Below are positions 34,073 through 46,554 of a stretch of DNA of 64,000 nt, in pieces (position 1 is the stretch's first letter; the number at the start of each line of letters is the position of its first letter). The position numbers were made by a program, and so were the translations under genes. The stretch is from Hyaloraphidium curvatum SAG 235-1 (Eukaryota; Fungi; Monoblepharomycota), in contig JAIVFI010000001.1 in assembly GCA_025558095.1 (NCBI GenBank), positions 1,302,001-1,366,000 of the forward strand, in the 5' to 3' direction. Under the pieces are notes generated by a model that saw only the letters and a program-made list of their open reading frames with translations, had not been told where the DNA came from and made no database searches.

Positions 34073-36649
34073 ATGGACCACGTGTTTGCGGGAGCCGAGA
34101 AGGCGCCCGACGGCGCGATATACGCGCGCGGCACGGACCCCGACGCGGCGGCGGCCGCGCTCGTCGAGCTCACGGGGTCGCTCGGCTCGGTGCCGCCGGG
34201 CGCCCGCGTCGACGACTATTTTGGGCCCGCGGGCCCGGTGCCGGCGTGGAAGCGGGCGCTGCGGCTCGCGCTCCGCCCTCGGCGCCGGCAGCTCGCCCGG
34301 GCTCTGCGGGCAACGGCGATGCTGTGGGGCGTGCTGCTGGTCGGCCTGTACGGCGGGTTGCGCATCCCGCTGAGCGTGCTGTCGCTGTTCGCGATCTACA
34401 TGCTCGTGGCCGGCTCGCCGTTCCGCGTGCTGCTGACGGCCGTGGCCTGCGTGGTCATCGGCGTCGTCGGAGGCTGCCTGAACCTGGCCGGTATCGGCTG
34501 GGTCGCCCTGTACAACTCGCACGGTGGTACGGACGACTACGCCCGCGCAGCCATCATCGAGGCCTGGATCGTCGTCGTCGTCTGGGCATTCTCGGCGCTC
34601 GAGTTCTCCCTCGCCGGCACGCCCGCCGCCGCCGCCGCCAACCTCGGCGTTGTCTTCATGCCTCTGCTGGTCAAGCTGGGCCTGGACGCCGTCCGCCTGC
34701 CGTCGGTGCCCGCCGCCGACCTCTTTTCCGTCCTCTTGCCCCCCTTGGGCATCTGCCTCGCCCTCACAGTCGCCTCGGCCATCTTCGTCTTTCCCGAGAA
34801 CCCCGTCGAGGCCGCCCGCGAATCCGCCGTCCTCGCCGTGCGCTCACTTCGCGCCGTGTTCGCCGGCGAGGGCATCGGCAACCCCCCGGTGCGCGCATTC
34901 GTCCTCGCCCGCATGCGCAACGACCTCGCCGCCCTAGACGCCGACGCCAAAGCCTGTGCGTCCGACGTGGGGCGCTACGTGGACGACCCGTCCCGCATGG
35001 CAGCGCTGGACCGGGCGCTGGGGAAGCTGGCGCAGTACGCCCGCGTGCCCTCGCGGGACCCTGCAATCGTGCACACCCTCAACGGGGTGCTGGCGGCGCT
35101 GGCCGTGCCCCGATCCCCCTGGATGCCGTCCCGCTGGATGTATCCCATCGATGTCCCCGAGACGGACCGGGAAAAGGGCGGAGGCCCGCCGCCATTCGAG
35201 CAGCTACGAGGCGAGATGGCCACGGACCGCGCGGCGATCCTCGCGCGCGACCCCGGCGAAGAGCTGGACGACGAGGAGCTTGATGCGTTCGCGGGGTACC
35301 TGGCGATCGGCGAGGCGGAAAAGGTGATGGCGGCGGCCGAGGAGCTGGTCGCGGCGCGGGCGGCCGGGCCGGGGTGGTACTTCTTCGGGCGGCGGCTCGG
35401 GGGCGGGGCCTCGAAACCAGGCAGGCAGGAGGCCGCGGCCGCGCCGCCCGCTGCCCGGACCACCACCGGATCCCTGCTGCCACCCCGCAAGTGGAGCTTC
35501 GGCAAGTACTTTGTCGACGGCCTCTACGCCCTGCAGCAGTTCATGCACTCGGACGCCGCGCATTTCGGCTTCAAGCGCGCCTTTGCCTTCTTCATCTGCT
35601 CAGTGTGGGCCTTCCTCCCCTCAACCGCCGAGTTCTTCCGGGAGGAAAACCTCTACTGGCTCATGTTTTCCGTCATCATCCTCGTCACCCCCTACGTCGG
35701 CTCGGGCACCCTCCTGAGCGCCGTGCGCCTGGCCGTCACCGGCCTCGCTGTGCTCTTCGCCTACTTCGCCTCCCTCGCCGGCGGGCCGGGCACCTACCTC
35801 TCCGCCGTCCTGGGCTTCTACGCCCCGATCTCGCTGCTGGCCTTCTACCTGCAGCACTGCGTCTCCCCGCAGGCCGGCACGATGCTCGCGCTCGCCTACA
35901 CTGGGATCACCCTGCCCGACCCCACGGGGTCCTCGGCGGTGAAGTTCGCGGGGCAGCGCGCGGGGTGGCTTGTCGTCTCGGTGCTGGGATGCCTGCTCTA
36001 CAACATTTCGCTGTTCCCCATATTGGCAGCGACCGACGCGCGCATCCGGCTGGGCAATGCGCTGCATTCCACCGCCGCGGTGGTCCGCCTCGTCGAGGCC
36101 GGCAAGCCGGCCGAAGCGGGCGCAGAGGCGCCCAGGGTGCAGGCGGCGCTCACCCGCGTGCGCATGTTCTCGCTCGCGGAGGCGGCAGGGGAGCCGTACC
36201 TGGACCGGCCGTGGGACCGCGCGGTGGCCACCGCGATATGCGCGTCGGCGCAGCGGCTCGTCTCCCTGGCGTCGATCCTCGCCGATTACTCGGAGCACCT
36301 GGGCGGGCCCGTGCCGGCGTGGACCGCCGCGCTCGTCGACGCTGCGGTCTGGAAGCTCAACACGCTCGCGATGGCGCTGGTCACCAAGAAGGCGCTGCCC
36401 CGGCTCCCGCAGCTCGGCCGCGCGGGGTTCGGCAGGCCGTCGCTGATGCTCGCCGAATCGGGGGAGCGCAGGGTTGCGGTGGCCGGGGGGGCGGCGGCGT
36501 TTGCCGCGCTGCTGGGGGAGACGGACGTGCTGGAGGTGCTCGTGGGGACCATCTACGGGCGCGAGGGGGAGGCGGGGGCCGCGGCGCCGCCGCTGGAGCA
36601 GCGCGGGCTGCAGGCGAGCGCCAAGATCGGGTACAGGAAGAGGGAGTAG
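34073..36649 (+). CDS. FUSC/aromatic acid exporter-like multi-pass membrane protein, intronless
   Basis: Two transmembrane clusters separated by a soluble region; HFGFKRAFAFFICSVWAFLP..W..SVIILVTPYVGS; FPILAATDARIRLG. Confidence 0.75.
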   Translation: MDHVFAGAEKAPDGAIYARGTDPDAAAAALVELTGSLGSVPPGARVDDYFGPAGPVPAWKRALRLALRPRRRQLARALRATAMLWGVLLVGLYGGLRIPLSVLSLFAIYMLVAGSPFRVLLTAVACVVIGVVGGCLNLAGIGWVALYNSHGGTDDYARAAIIEAWIVVVVWAFSALEFSLAGTPAAAAANLGVVFMPLLVKLGLDAVRLPSVPAADLFSVLLPPLGICLALTVASAIFVFPENPVEAARESAVLAVRSLRAVFAGEGIGNPPVRAFVLARMRNDLAALDADAKACASDVGRYVDDPSRMAALDRALGKLAQYARVPSRDPAIVHTLNGVLAALAVPRSPWMPSRWMYPIDVPETDREKGGGPPPFEQLRGEMATDRAAILARDPGEELDDEELDAFAGYLAIGEAEKVMAAAEELVAARAAGPGWYFFGRRLGGGASKPGRQEAAAAPPAARTTTGSLLPPRKWSFGKYFVDGLYALQQFMHSDAAHFGFKRAFAFFICSVWAFLPSTAEFFREENLYWLMFSVIILVTPYVGSGTLLSAVRLAVTGLAVLFAYFASLAGGPGTYLSAVLGFYAPISLLAFYLQHCVSPQAGTMLALAYTGITLPDPTGSSAVKFAGQRAGWLVVSVLGCLLYNISLFPILAATDARIRLGNALHSTAAVVRLVEAGKPAEAGAEAPRVQAALTRVRMFSLAEAAGEPYLDRPWDRAVATAICASAQRLVSLASILADYSEHLGGPVPAWTAALVDAAVWKLNTLAMALVTKKALPRLPQLGRAGFGRPSLMLAESGERRVAVAGGAAAFAALLGETDVLEVLVGTIYGREGEAGAAAPPLEQRGLQASAKIGYRKRE

Positions 36650-37159
36650 GTCGTGTTGCTGCATCATCGGGCGAAGGCGTTGCCGTTTTCCGGCCCAACT
36701 CGTAATTCTCCGACCCCGGCGGAGGCCAAATCAGGGCGCGGTGCGGAATCCGAAGGGAGCGGACGGTGGAGCAGGGACGCCACACTGTGGGCGACGGGGC
36801 GCGAGAGCACGGGAATGCCGACGTTGTAAATCGCCTCGAGTACACCTTGGCACCTATATCTGCCGTTCCGTGCGGTTCTCTTGCAGGATTCGGTGTGTCT
36901 TTCGGTGCCCCGGAGTTAATGAGGATCACGTGTCATGACGTTCGTCCCCGGTTCCCCGCATTGCGCGAGATAACGACGCCATCCCCGGAATTCCACTCGG
37001 AACCCCCGGACACCGGCCCCGCCCGGCATTCTGGGCATTTTCTGAAGCGACTGCCCGCCTGCCCCGTGCCCCGGAGGCGGTGCCAGCGCAATCCCGCCCG
37101 AGGAAGGCCAGCTCAGCGCGCTCCCTGGAAACCCCTGCCCGCGACCCCCCGGCAACGCC

Positions 37160-38245
37160 ATGGCCGCGCCCTCCGCCCCCGTCGACATCCCCGCGCCCGC
37201 CCACGGCGCCGCGTGCCACCACCGCGTGGCGTCGCTGCGGGCGGGCAAGGCCCACGAGAACGCGACGCTGCCGGGGAGCTTCCCCGACAGCGCCGCCACG
37301 CTGGCCGGCTCCCCCGGCGAGCGGTCGGCGCGGAGCCCCAGCCCGGCGAGCACGATGATGAGCGAGACGGACGACGAGGGGTTCCTGCCGGGGGAGGCCG
37401 GGGACGCCGTGGTCGGGGACGCCGACGCCACATTTGAGGAGGCAGCCCTGGAAGTGGCGTCGGGAGCGGTGGACGCCCCCGGATCATGGGTCGAGGAGCC
37501 GGTGGCCAGGCCTGTAATCCCGACCGAGGCCGTTGCCGTCTGCACCTGCGAGCCCAGGCTGTCGCCGGAGCAGCGGAGCACCCACGTCGTGCCTTTCCTC
37601 TTCTACTACTCCACGATCCAGCAAGACAGGCTCGAGCTGCCTAAAGGTAGGCTTGCTGCCATCGCCTGGGAAGCCAAAGCTGACGGTTCGGTGCCCATTC
37701 GCCAGGGGTTTGCTGCTTCAGGAAGCCCGAACCGTGCCCCTTCCACGACGGCGCCCCCCTCCCCGCCCACGCCTTCCCCCCGCCCCCCCGGAACCCCGAT
37801 CTGCCCGCGCCCCCGAGCATCTCCGACCTCCCCCGCGAGCTCTTCCACATGCACATCTTCCCTCTCCTCTTCGACTGCGAGCTGATCGCCCTCGCCCAGG
37901 CCTCGCGGTCCTTCCGCCGCCTGGCGGAAACCGAGGTCCGCCGCCGGTGCGAGCGGCTCTCGCTTGTCGGGACCGGCCCCACGGCGCCCGCGGGGGAAGG
38001 CGCCGAGACCGAGATCCAGGTGGCGCTCAAGCGCAGCCTGGCGAGGTACCACCGCCGCATGGAGGGCCTCCGCGCGGTGCAGGACGGTGACAAGGGACCG
38101 TACTGGACTCTGCGGGTCGACACGACGCCGGGGTTCCCCAAGATCGTCTCGTGGGTTGCCTGTCATGCTGAATCGACATCGTGATCGGGCTGATCGCTCC
38201 TCCGACAGGTCGCTCGACTATGTGAGCCTCTGCTCGATCATGTGA
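37160..38245 (+). CDS. F-box protein with C-terminal CaaX (paralog B); 3 exons
   Basis: ISDLPRELFHMHIFPLLFDCELIALAQASRSFRRLA; homologous to 31547-32542; ends CSIM*. Confidence 0.7.
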
Positions 38246-38443
38246 CGGCCCACTGTTCTTGTGCCTGGCGAGCTCCGTCTGCCGCCGTGAACATGTCTTC
38301 CCCATCTTGACAAGTCTTGAAATCTTGAAATCTTGACTCTTTACGTCGCCCGGAACCGAACAGTAATGAAAAGTCGTAATTGTCGTTAGAACATAGATCA
38401 AACAGATCTAGAATAGAGATATCCTCGTCGTCGTAACGCCTGA

Positions 38444-39448
38444 TCACTTCTTCTTTGGATGGAACAGCCCCACCACGGACGAGATCACGTCTCGTCCCTC
38501 CGTCTTCTCCGGCGTCCGTCCCGTCAAATCGAGCTCGAACTTGCCCTGCCCCGCAGCAGCTTTCCGCAGCGCGACGAGCGCTTCCTTGTTCTTTTCGATC
38601 GCCTGTGCGTGGTCGAGCAACACCACGTTGCCTTGTCCAGGAGGTCCTACACGGATGGCGTCGACGCGGCCTCGCAATTCGTTCCGCACCGAAACAATCG
38701 TACTCGTGGACCTGTCGGAATGATTAGCTCTCGCTGTCGGAAAAGATGCCGGCTTGTCCTCACTCTGCAAGCTGCTTCTGAAGGTCCTCAGCCAGCAACT
38801 CCAGCCTGGTTTTCTCGGCTTTGAAGGTTGTTTGCTTCGCTGCTGCCTCGCCTTCACTTCCATCTCCCGAATCCTTTGGCGCAGGGCGGCTGCTTCCTCG
38901 GCCGCGGATTTGCGAAGCACTTCAAGATCGGCAACGAGAGCCATAGCCTTGGCTTCGAGCTCCCGCTCCTTTTGTGCCTGCAGCTCCTGCTGCGCGCTAT
39001 GTGCGTGCCGGTACAGAATCTCGGCATTCGCGCTGTCGATGGCCTTGCGAACTTCATCGAGGTGACGGAACCGATGATGCAGATCTTGGCGTTCGTGTTG
39101 CTCGCGCTCGTGCATCGCTAGCGCCTCCTTCATCCGGGCCTCCCAGGAGGCGATCTGATCCTGAAGCTCCGCGACCGTGGCCTGGACCTCCCCATCGCCG
39201 ATCTCCTGGGGCCCAACAGTTTGCCTCCGCAAGCGGAGAACGCCCGCAATCTCCTCCCCAAGCACACGTGCATCCCTGAGCGCGGCCTGGAGCGCGTTTT
39301 CGAGGCCCTTGGAGGCGCCGCTGACGCCTGAGGAGCCATCACGCCCGCCAGGCATCTCCTTAATCTCGTCAAGAAAACTGGGAACGCCGTCGAGAGCGAC
39401 CGCGGGCCCTTGCTCAACTGTCTGTTTGAGTTCCGATTTCCAAAACAT
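38444..39448 (-). CDS. Hypothetical coiled-coil protein, lower GC, apparently intronless
   Basis: 334-aa ORF with an E/Q/A/R-rich heptad centre; no family recognised. Confidence 0.5.
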   Translation of the reverse strand: MFWKSELKQTVEQGPAVALDGVPSFLDEIKEMPGGRDGSSGVSGASKGLENALQAALRDARVLGEEIAGVLRLRRQTVGPQEIGDGEVQATVAELQDQIASWEARMKEALAMHEREQHERQDLHHRFRHLDEVRKAIDSANAEILYRHAHSAQQELQAQKERELEAKAMALVADLEVLRKSAAEEAAALRQRIREMEVKARQQRSKQPSKPRKPGWSCWLRTFRSSLQSEDKPASFPTARANHSDRSTSTIVSVRNELRGRVDAIRVGPPGQGNVVLLDHAQAIEKNKEALVALRKAAAGQGKFELDLTGRTPEKTEGRDVISSVVGLFHPKKK

Positions 39449-39694
39449 CTGCAGCGCAGCGGGCAGCCTTTTCTTCGGGGGCGCCCGATTTCTGATCGTT
39501 CTGCGGTCGCGAAGGAGTTGACGGAGGCGTTACCAGTGTTGAGGCTTCATTGTTCGTGACTCATGTGTCAAACCGCGTTGCGAAGCCGGCTTTCCATCAT
39601 CAAGGAATCCAATTCAATGATCGTGAATGTACAAGGTCAGAGGGTACCCGTTGCACACTTCGCCCGCCGCAAGCCAACCGACAAATCACCCTGT

Positions 39695-42600
39695 TCAAGT
39701 GACAGCTCGACCCTCCAACTCCAGTAACCTCTTCCTCCCTAATAGGTCGCTACTCGTAGCGCACCCGGTGATTGATTGTCTAAGAGTCGCGGATCAGCTT
39801 CAGTCCATGTCGGAACGTGTGACGGACCCACCTCGTTCAGCAGCTGGTGCACGAAGCAGAGCGAGTAGCGAACAAAGGTCAGCGCATCGCCCGGCCGGTC
39901 GCGCATCAGTTCCTCCAGATCTCGCTTGCCGAGGTGCCACAGCACGGCCTCCTCGTCGACGACGAGCGTCGCCAGACGCGGTCGGCTGGCGACCAGCTCG
40001 ATCTGGCCGACCTATAGCACCATGAAGTCAGGATCCTTCTCGGCCCTGTTGCGAGCACGCCCACCATCGTGCCCGCCAAGAGGATCTCCGCCGTCGCCGA
40101 CCCCATCTCCGACTGCCCTACCAGGCTCAGCTGCCCCCGTTCCACGACGTAGAGCCCGTCCGCGTCCCCGTTGGCGCCCCACAGGATGCTCCCCGCCGGC
40201 ATCTCCATACGCCGGAAGCTCCTGTACACGGCCTCGACTACCTGCTCCAGCCGCGCGTTGTCGCCGTCGGCGGCCTCGGCGAGAACAGAGCACAGCAGGT
40301 TGTACGGCTCGGGCGCCGACCCCGTGGGGAAGGTCAGCCCGAGCAGGGCCTGCTCCACCGCCTGCGAGAGCTGCCCCGATCGCACGGTGGAGCCGAGTAT
40401 TTCGGCGCCGGGGGCGGCGGGCTGCGAGGGCACCTGCCGCGGGGCCTCCTGCCGCGCCTTGACCCGCGCCTGGTGCCGGAAAAAGCTCTCCAGGAGCAGG
40501 TTCTCGCAGAACTCGAGCGCCGAGTCCAGCGTGTCGAAGATCCGCACGTCCTCCTCCAGCATCCCCACGCGGTCCAGGGCCTGCAGGATGGACGAATCGG
40601 AGGAGATGCCCGCCAGGCAGAGGATGGCCTGCTTCCGCGCCAGCGCGCGGCGCAGCTTGGTAAAGGCCTCGGCGGCGGTGTAGTCGAGCGCCGTGGTGAG
40701 CGCAAAGTCCATGACCAGGCACCGCAGCACGCGGTCCTGCTGCACCTCCTTGACGATCGACTCGAGCTGGTTCACGGTGCCGAAAAAGACCTGCCCCTGC
40801 AGCCTGTACACCCGGATCTGCTCCCCGACGCGCTCCAGGAAGCGTTGCTGCCGGTACAGCCGGTGCACGGGGGACCACATGTGGCGGCCCGTGTACTGCC
40901 CGCGCACGATGGAGCGCCGCGAGGTTTGGATGACGAAGAAGAGCGAGGCGGCCATGATGCCCAGGATGATGCCCTCGGTAAAGCCCCACACGGGCATGGA
41001 GAGCGCGACGAGGACCACGGTGAGGTACTCGAGGCGCGAAAGGATGGGGAAGGTCTGTAGACGGAGGCGATCACGTTAGCTCGCCTCCAAATGCAGTCTG
41101 AGAGCGCGGTCAACCCACGTCGACGAGCGACTCCCGCACGAGGTCGAACCCCAGGTGGAAAATAAGCGCCCCCACGACGATCACGGGCACGTAGTCCACC
41201 AGCCACGTCCCCACGAAGAAGCACACTCCCGTCGCGGCCGCCAGCATCGTCCCCGCGACCCTAGAATCGCCCCCGCTCCGGATGAACAGCAGGCTGTTGC
41301 TGTACACGAGGTAGTTCTGCACCGTCCCGAACATGCCCGCCACGAGGTTCGACACCCCGTGCGCGATGAGCTCCCCGTTCGTGTCGACCTCGGTGCCCGT
41401 CGACACGGAGAGGGCGGGGATGTTGATGGGCACGTGGAGGACGCCGAAGAATGCGACAGCGAGGATGGTGGGCACGCAGGCGAGCACGGCGTCCCACCGC
41501 GTCAGCGAAAGGGAGAAGTAGGAGTAGAATTCGAAGGGCGATGACTGCTCCGAGCCGGGCTGGGCGAGATCAAACAGCCAGCCGTTACGGCGGAGCTCGT
41601 CGAAGGGGATGCGGGCGGAGAAGACGACGATGTAGAAGATTGCGGGGACGAGCATGAAGAAGCAGGGCACGAAGAGCGGGTGGCGGATGCGGTGCGAGAG
41701 CACCTGCAGCACCACGGCGATCGCCGCCGAGGTGCCCCAGAGCATCAGCTTTGCGGGTTGGAAGATGTCCCTGAGGTACGAGAAGCCGAGGGTGAAGGGC
41801 ACCTCGGCCGTGACCTCGACGCCGGTGAGCACGAGGAACATGCCGATGCCGCCGATGGTGGCTATCAGCAGGTGCCGCGGGAAGAAGCTCATGACGTTGC
41901 CGAGCTTGAGGAAGCCGAGCAGAAAAAAGGCAGCGCCGGTCGCGAGCGTGCTCAGGACGTAGCAGACCATGACGGTCGCCAGTACCGCCTTTTTCCGCTC
42001 GACCTCGTCGCCGCCGCTCACGGCGCCGCCGACGATGCCGCAGATGGCGTGCAAAAAGGGGATGACCTCGATCATCATGCTCCCGTTGGCCCCGCGGAAG
42101 CGCGACATGCCGAGGGAATAGGTCAGCTGCGCCACGACGGTGGTGATGAAGAAGATGGAGATGCCGGCCGAGGGCGCCGAGGCGGGGAATGTGTCCTCGT
42201 TGGGGAAGATGATGAGGCCGTAGGAGAGGGCGTCGAGCACGTTCATCAGCACACCCAGGAACACGGCGGGGAGGTAGCTGGCCGGGCTCAACACGAGCCC
42301 CTTGAAGTTGAGCTCGTCCTTGATGGTTTGCCAGGTCCACACGGGGGGCCCCAGTGGGGAGGGCTCGCCGTCGCCGCGCCCCGCCGGGCAGAACATGCCC
42401 AGCCAGCGGCTCCGCCGGGAGGATTCCTCGGCATCACCGACGTGCTTGAACGTCTGGTAGGTCGGCGTGCGGGTGGGCATGCCGAACTCGCTGTTGTAGG
42501 CGTACGAGAGGAGGGGAGCAAAGTCGTTGGGCTGCTCGCCGGACTCGTGGTGGAAGCTGATCTGGTGCTTGGACGCGAGCATGTCGGCGGCTTCCAGGGC

Positions 42601-43420
42601 CTCGGTCTCCAGGTCGGTCGGGCTGAGCACGTCCGGGGTATAGGGCTCCGGCTCGGGATCAGCAGTGGCCACCTCCACGGGCACGGCCTGCGGCACGATT
42701 GGGACCTTTCTGATCTCGATTTCCGGTTCCGGCAGCGGTTGTGCGGGCTCGGGATCCGGTTCCGGATCGTCCTCCGGCGGCGGCGAGCCGAGCTTCTTGT
42801 GCTTGGCGTAGCCGCGGAACGGCCGCCGCACCGTGTCTACCGCGGGTGGCCTGCCGGTGCCGGCGCCCGCGGTCTTGAGGGCCAAAGACAGATTCGACGA
42901 GCCCGCCCGCCCGACGGGCGGCAGATCCCCGGCCAGCAGCGCGTCCGGGGCGGGCTGATCTTCTGCAGCCGCTGACGTGGCGGTCGAAAACGCCGGCACC
43001 CCCGCTCCGACCAGCCCCGAATAGTCCTCGGGCTCGGCATGTATGATGCCAGCGACTGCCTTGCCGATCCCGTACTCCCTGGCGCTGTCAATGAAAGGTG
43101 GTCAGCTATAGTACGGCCCCGAGCCCCAACCAGCTGTCCCACAAGCTCTTCACGGTGTCTGCCCGGACCTGCTCCCGCGAAATTGCGATTTTGGCGAAAC
43201 TGCTTTCGCCCTCCTCGGAGGCGTCGCCCGGCCCGCGCACCGCGTCGCCCGCCGCGGGCCGCGCCGGCGGCAGCACGTGGTGCGAGCTGCGGGCCGACGC
43301 GCGCGCGACGGGGCTCCGCAGCGCGTCGTCCGCCACGCGCGGCGTCGACGCCGAGCGCGGCAGCGACGACAGCGACCCGCGGCCGCTCTCGCTGCGGCGC
43401 ATGGCGCCGCCGGAAGCCAT
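39695..43420 (-). CDS. SulP/SLC26-family transporter with STAS and cNMP-binding domains (Vsb1/YGR125W-like); multi-exon
   Basis: LPAVFLGVLMNVLDALSYG, GSMMIEVIPFLH, ELIAHGVSN..GTVQNYLVYSNS, STAS LQGQVFFGT..LDSALEFCENLLL, cNMP DGLYVVERG..GTMVGEL. Confidence 0.88.
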
Positions 43421-43795
43421 CGGCTGGAGGGGCGCGAACGCGGTCACGCCGTCCGCCGCATCGCCCGCCCGCCCGCCGCGGCAGAAATCAAACTCGATTG
43501 CCCGGCCCAGTCGCGCCGGACGCGCCGAATGGACGTCCGAGGGGCGTTGGTTAGGGTGGAGCTTTCGCCTATCGTGGTCCGAGAGCTGGCTCCGATAAAG
43601 GTCTGGGCCCGACGCGCCGCCACATCCCTGCCCTACAGCACGCAACACGATGGCGATAGAATTGGAAACAAGGAAGCCATCTAGCTGCATCAAGATCGTT
43701 CCACGCGCGGCTATAGATTACGCACTACATACTACAGCGTTCGGCACTCCGTCTCGCGGACAGTCAAGGAAGTCGAGGAAGTCGAGTTCCAACGA

Positions 43796-44423
43796 TCATC
43801 TCGCCTTCTTGCCGTTGGCGGCGACGGCGGAGCTCCCGTCGATCCTCGCCGCAACCTTTGGCCACAAGTACGCCATGATGGCGACCGAAAAGACGAGCCA
43901 GAGCCCTGCGTTTGCCGGTGTTGTCAGCCGAAGGCGGGATCAGCAGCCCGCGTCCGTGCCCACCGTTGGAAAAGTAGTAGAGCGCCTTCATCCACGGCTC
44001 CCCGTTGCGCGTGCTGCAAAAGTTGCCAAAGATGTCCGTCCCCACGAACACGCAGGTCCGGACAAACACCCCCATCGACAGGACCAGCGCCAGCAGCGTG
44101 CCGCGCGCCTGGGTCGCGGGGGAGCGCCACCACAGCAGGCACAGCGCCTGCAGCGGTATGTCCGTGGTCCACTGCGAGATCGCGATGACGGTGGCCAGGC
44201 CGTGCGCGGTGTCGCCCTCCTCGTACACGGGGCGGGAGTAGCTCAGGTCCATCTTGACGTAGAGGTCGTTGTACGCCTTGTAGAGCGTGGAGCCGAGGAA
44301 GGTGCCCTCGTACGTGTGCGGGCGGAGGAGGAGGAACATGGTGTCCCAGATGGCGAGCGGGGTGGCGATGGCGAACCACCAGACCATCCAGCGCGGGGGG
44401 GCGAGGTCGCCGGCGGTTCCCAT
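43796..44423 (-). CDS. Small multi-pass membrane protein (EXPERA/EBP-like)
   Basis: WWFAIATPLAIWDTMFLLLRP..Y..MDLSY; spliced last exon NGLWLVFS..KKAR*. Confidence 0.6.
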
Positions 44424-44767
44424 TGTAAGGCGGGTGTGCGGGTTGGGAGACGGTGCGGCAGAGGTGCGGGCGGTGTGCGTGGGAGACGGTGCGGCAGAAA
44501 ACGCCGCCGGCACGGTGTCCGACGAGAAAAAGCGGTCCTCGGCGGCCGCAGCCCGAGGTGGGAAGTACAAGAACGCGATTGCCCTTTCGCACGGCCCCTG
44601 CAGCTGCGCACTACGAGCAAGCGACGTCGGCGGATCCGGGCTGGAGGGTCAGACCACGCCGTCTCCCGCAAGTCCCTTTCCGCACGGTCAGCGGTCACTC
44701 AGGGTCGGGGATTTGATCCAGTCGGGGCTTCGCCCGTTCCCATTCCCACTCATTCCGTGCAGCAACC

Positions 44768-46366
44768 ATGCCGGGCCCCGTGACGGCCGTCGCCGAGCGG
44801 ATGTGGAGCGGCGCCGAGGCGCTTCGCGACCCGATGCGGCCGACGGGCCAGGCGGCGCCGCCCGCGGGCGACGGCAAGCTCCGCACGTCGCCCACGAAGG
44901 TCCGCGAGGGGCTGCCGGTGTGGGAGCACTTCTACGAGGACAAGGCGGCCGGCGTGCGGGTGACGGCGATCCTGACCTTTGCCAAGTGGGTGTCCCCAAG
45001 GGAGGAACGGGACCGTCTCCCGGGCTGACTCGACGCGTCGCCGGCCCGCTTCCGAAACGTGTTTTCCCCCGCATTTCCCGCGATGCAGCGTCTACACGAT
45101 CGAGACCCCCGCGGGGCTCGTGATGATCGACGGCGGCTCCAAGCAGACGGCCCCGCTCGCCTTCCAGTCCATCAGGCAGTTCACGCCGCAGCCCCTGTCG
45201 ACCTGCATCTACACCCACGGCCACGTCGACCACGTGTTTGGGCCCACGCAGTTCATGGCAAGTCTCTCCCTCGCAGGCCGCCGGTGTCGCGCTCATTGCC
45301 CGTCCGCAGAAAGAGCCCGGGCGCGACACGTCCAAGCGGATCCAGATCGTCGCCCACGAGAACGTCCCCAGGCGCTTTGCCCGCTACAACCTCACCAACG
45401 GGTACAATTCGCTCATCAACGCCGTGCAGTTCCAGGGCGGAATCCCCACCTGGCCGACCGACTGGCTCCACCCGGACGTGCTGTACCGGGACTCGCTCTC
45501 GCTCAACATCGGCGGCGTGGCGCTGGAGCTGCACCACGCCAAGGGCGAGACGGACGACGGCACGTGGGTCCACATGCCGCAGGCGGACGCCATCTTCGCC
45601 GGGGACCTGGTCATCTGGGCAGCGCCCAACTGCGGGAACCCGCAGAAGGTCCAGCGCTTCCCGCTCGAGTGGGCGCAGGCGCTGCGTGCCATGCAGAGCA
45701 AGGGGGCGTCGATGCTGTTCCCGGGCCACGGCCCGCCGATCCTCGGCAAGGCCAACGTGGAGCAGGCGCTGGACGACGCGGCGTCGCTGCTCGAGGCCAT
45801 CGTGGACCACACGCTGGCGGGGATGAACGCGGGCAAAAGGCTGGACGAGATCATACACACGCTGGCGGTGCCCGCGGGGCTGCTGGAGCGGCCGTACCTG
45901 CGGCCCATCTACGACGAGCCCGAGTTTGTCGTGCGGAACGTGTGGAGGCTGTACGGCGGGTGGTACGATCAGGTAAAGTGGTCGGCCGAACTGGGGAGGC
46001 ACGAGCAGCTGACGCTGTCACCCGCTCGTTGGACAGAACCCATCTCACCTCAAGCCTCCCCCGGAGCCCCTCCTCGCCGTCGCCGTGGCCAAGCTCGCCG
46101 GCTCCCCCCTGGAGCTCGCGCGCCGCGCCTCGGAGCAGCCCAACACGGCGGTCGGCTGCTCGCTGGTCGAGCACGCGTGGCTCGCGGCGGCGGAGCTCCG
46201 CCCGGCGCCGGCGGACCGCGCCGAGATCAACCGGATCCGAGCGGAGCTGTACGCCAAGCGGGCGAGGGAGACGACGAGCCTGATGGCGCAGTCGATCCTG
46301 ATGAAGGCCAGCGACACGAGCAGGAAGCTGGCCGAGGAGGCGGCGTCGGCGGGGCAGAGGCTGTAG
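44768..46366 (+). CDS. Alkyl-sulfatase-like metallo-beta-lactamase-fold hydrolase; multi-exon
   Basis: GLVMIDGG, IYTHGHVDH, HAKGETDD, PNCGNPQKVQR, LFPGHGPPI, YDEPEFVVRNVWRLYGGWYD. Confidence 0.88.
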
Positions 46367-46554
46367 ACGGGGTAGGCCGGATGCTGGATTGCATTGTACT
46401 GCCTGCCAATCGATCGAGATCGGACCCAGAATATTCGCAGCGGCGGTGCCAAGGCGTGCTTCTCGGAAGGGTGCACGTGTTGCGGGTCCAGTGCGCCGGC
46501 TCGGCTTCGGCATTACGGCAAGACTTTGGTCCGGACCGGCGCACACCCCGGAAA

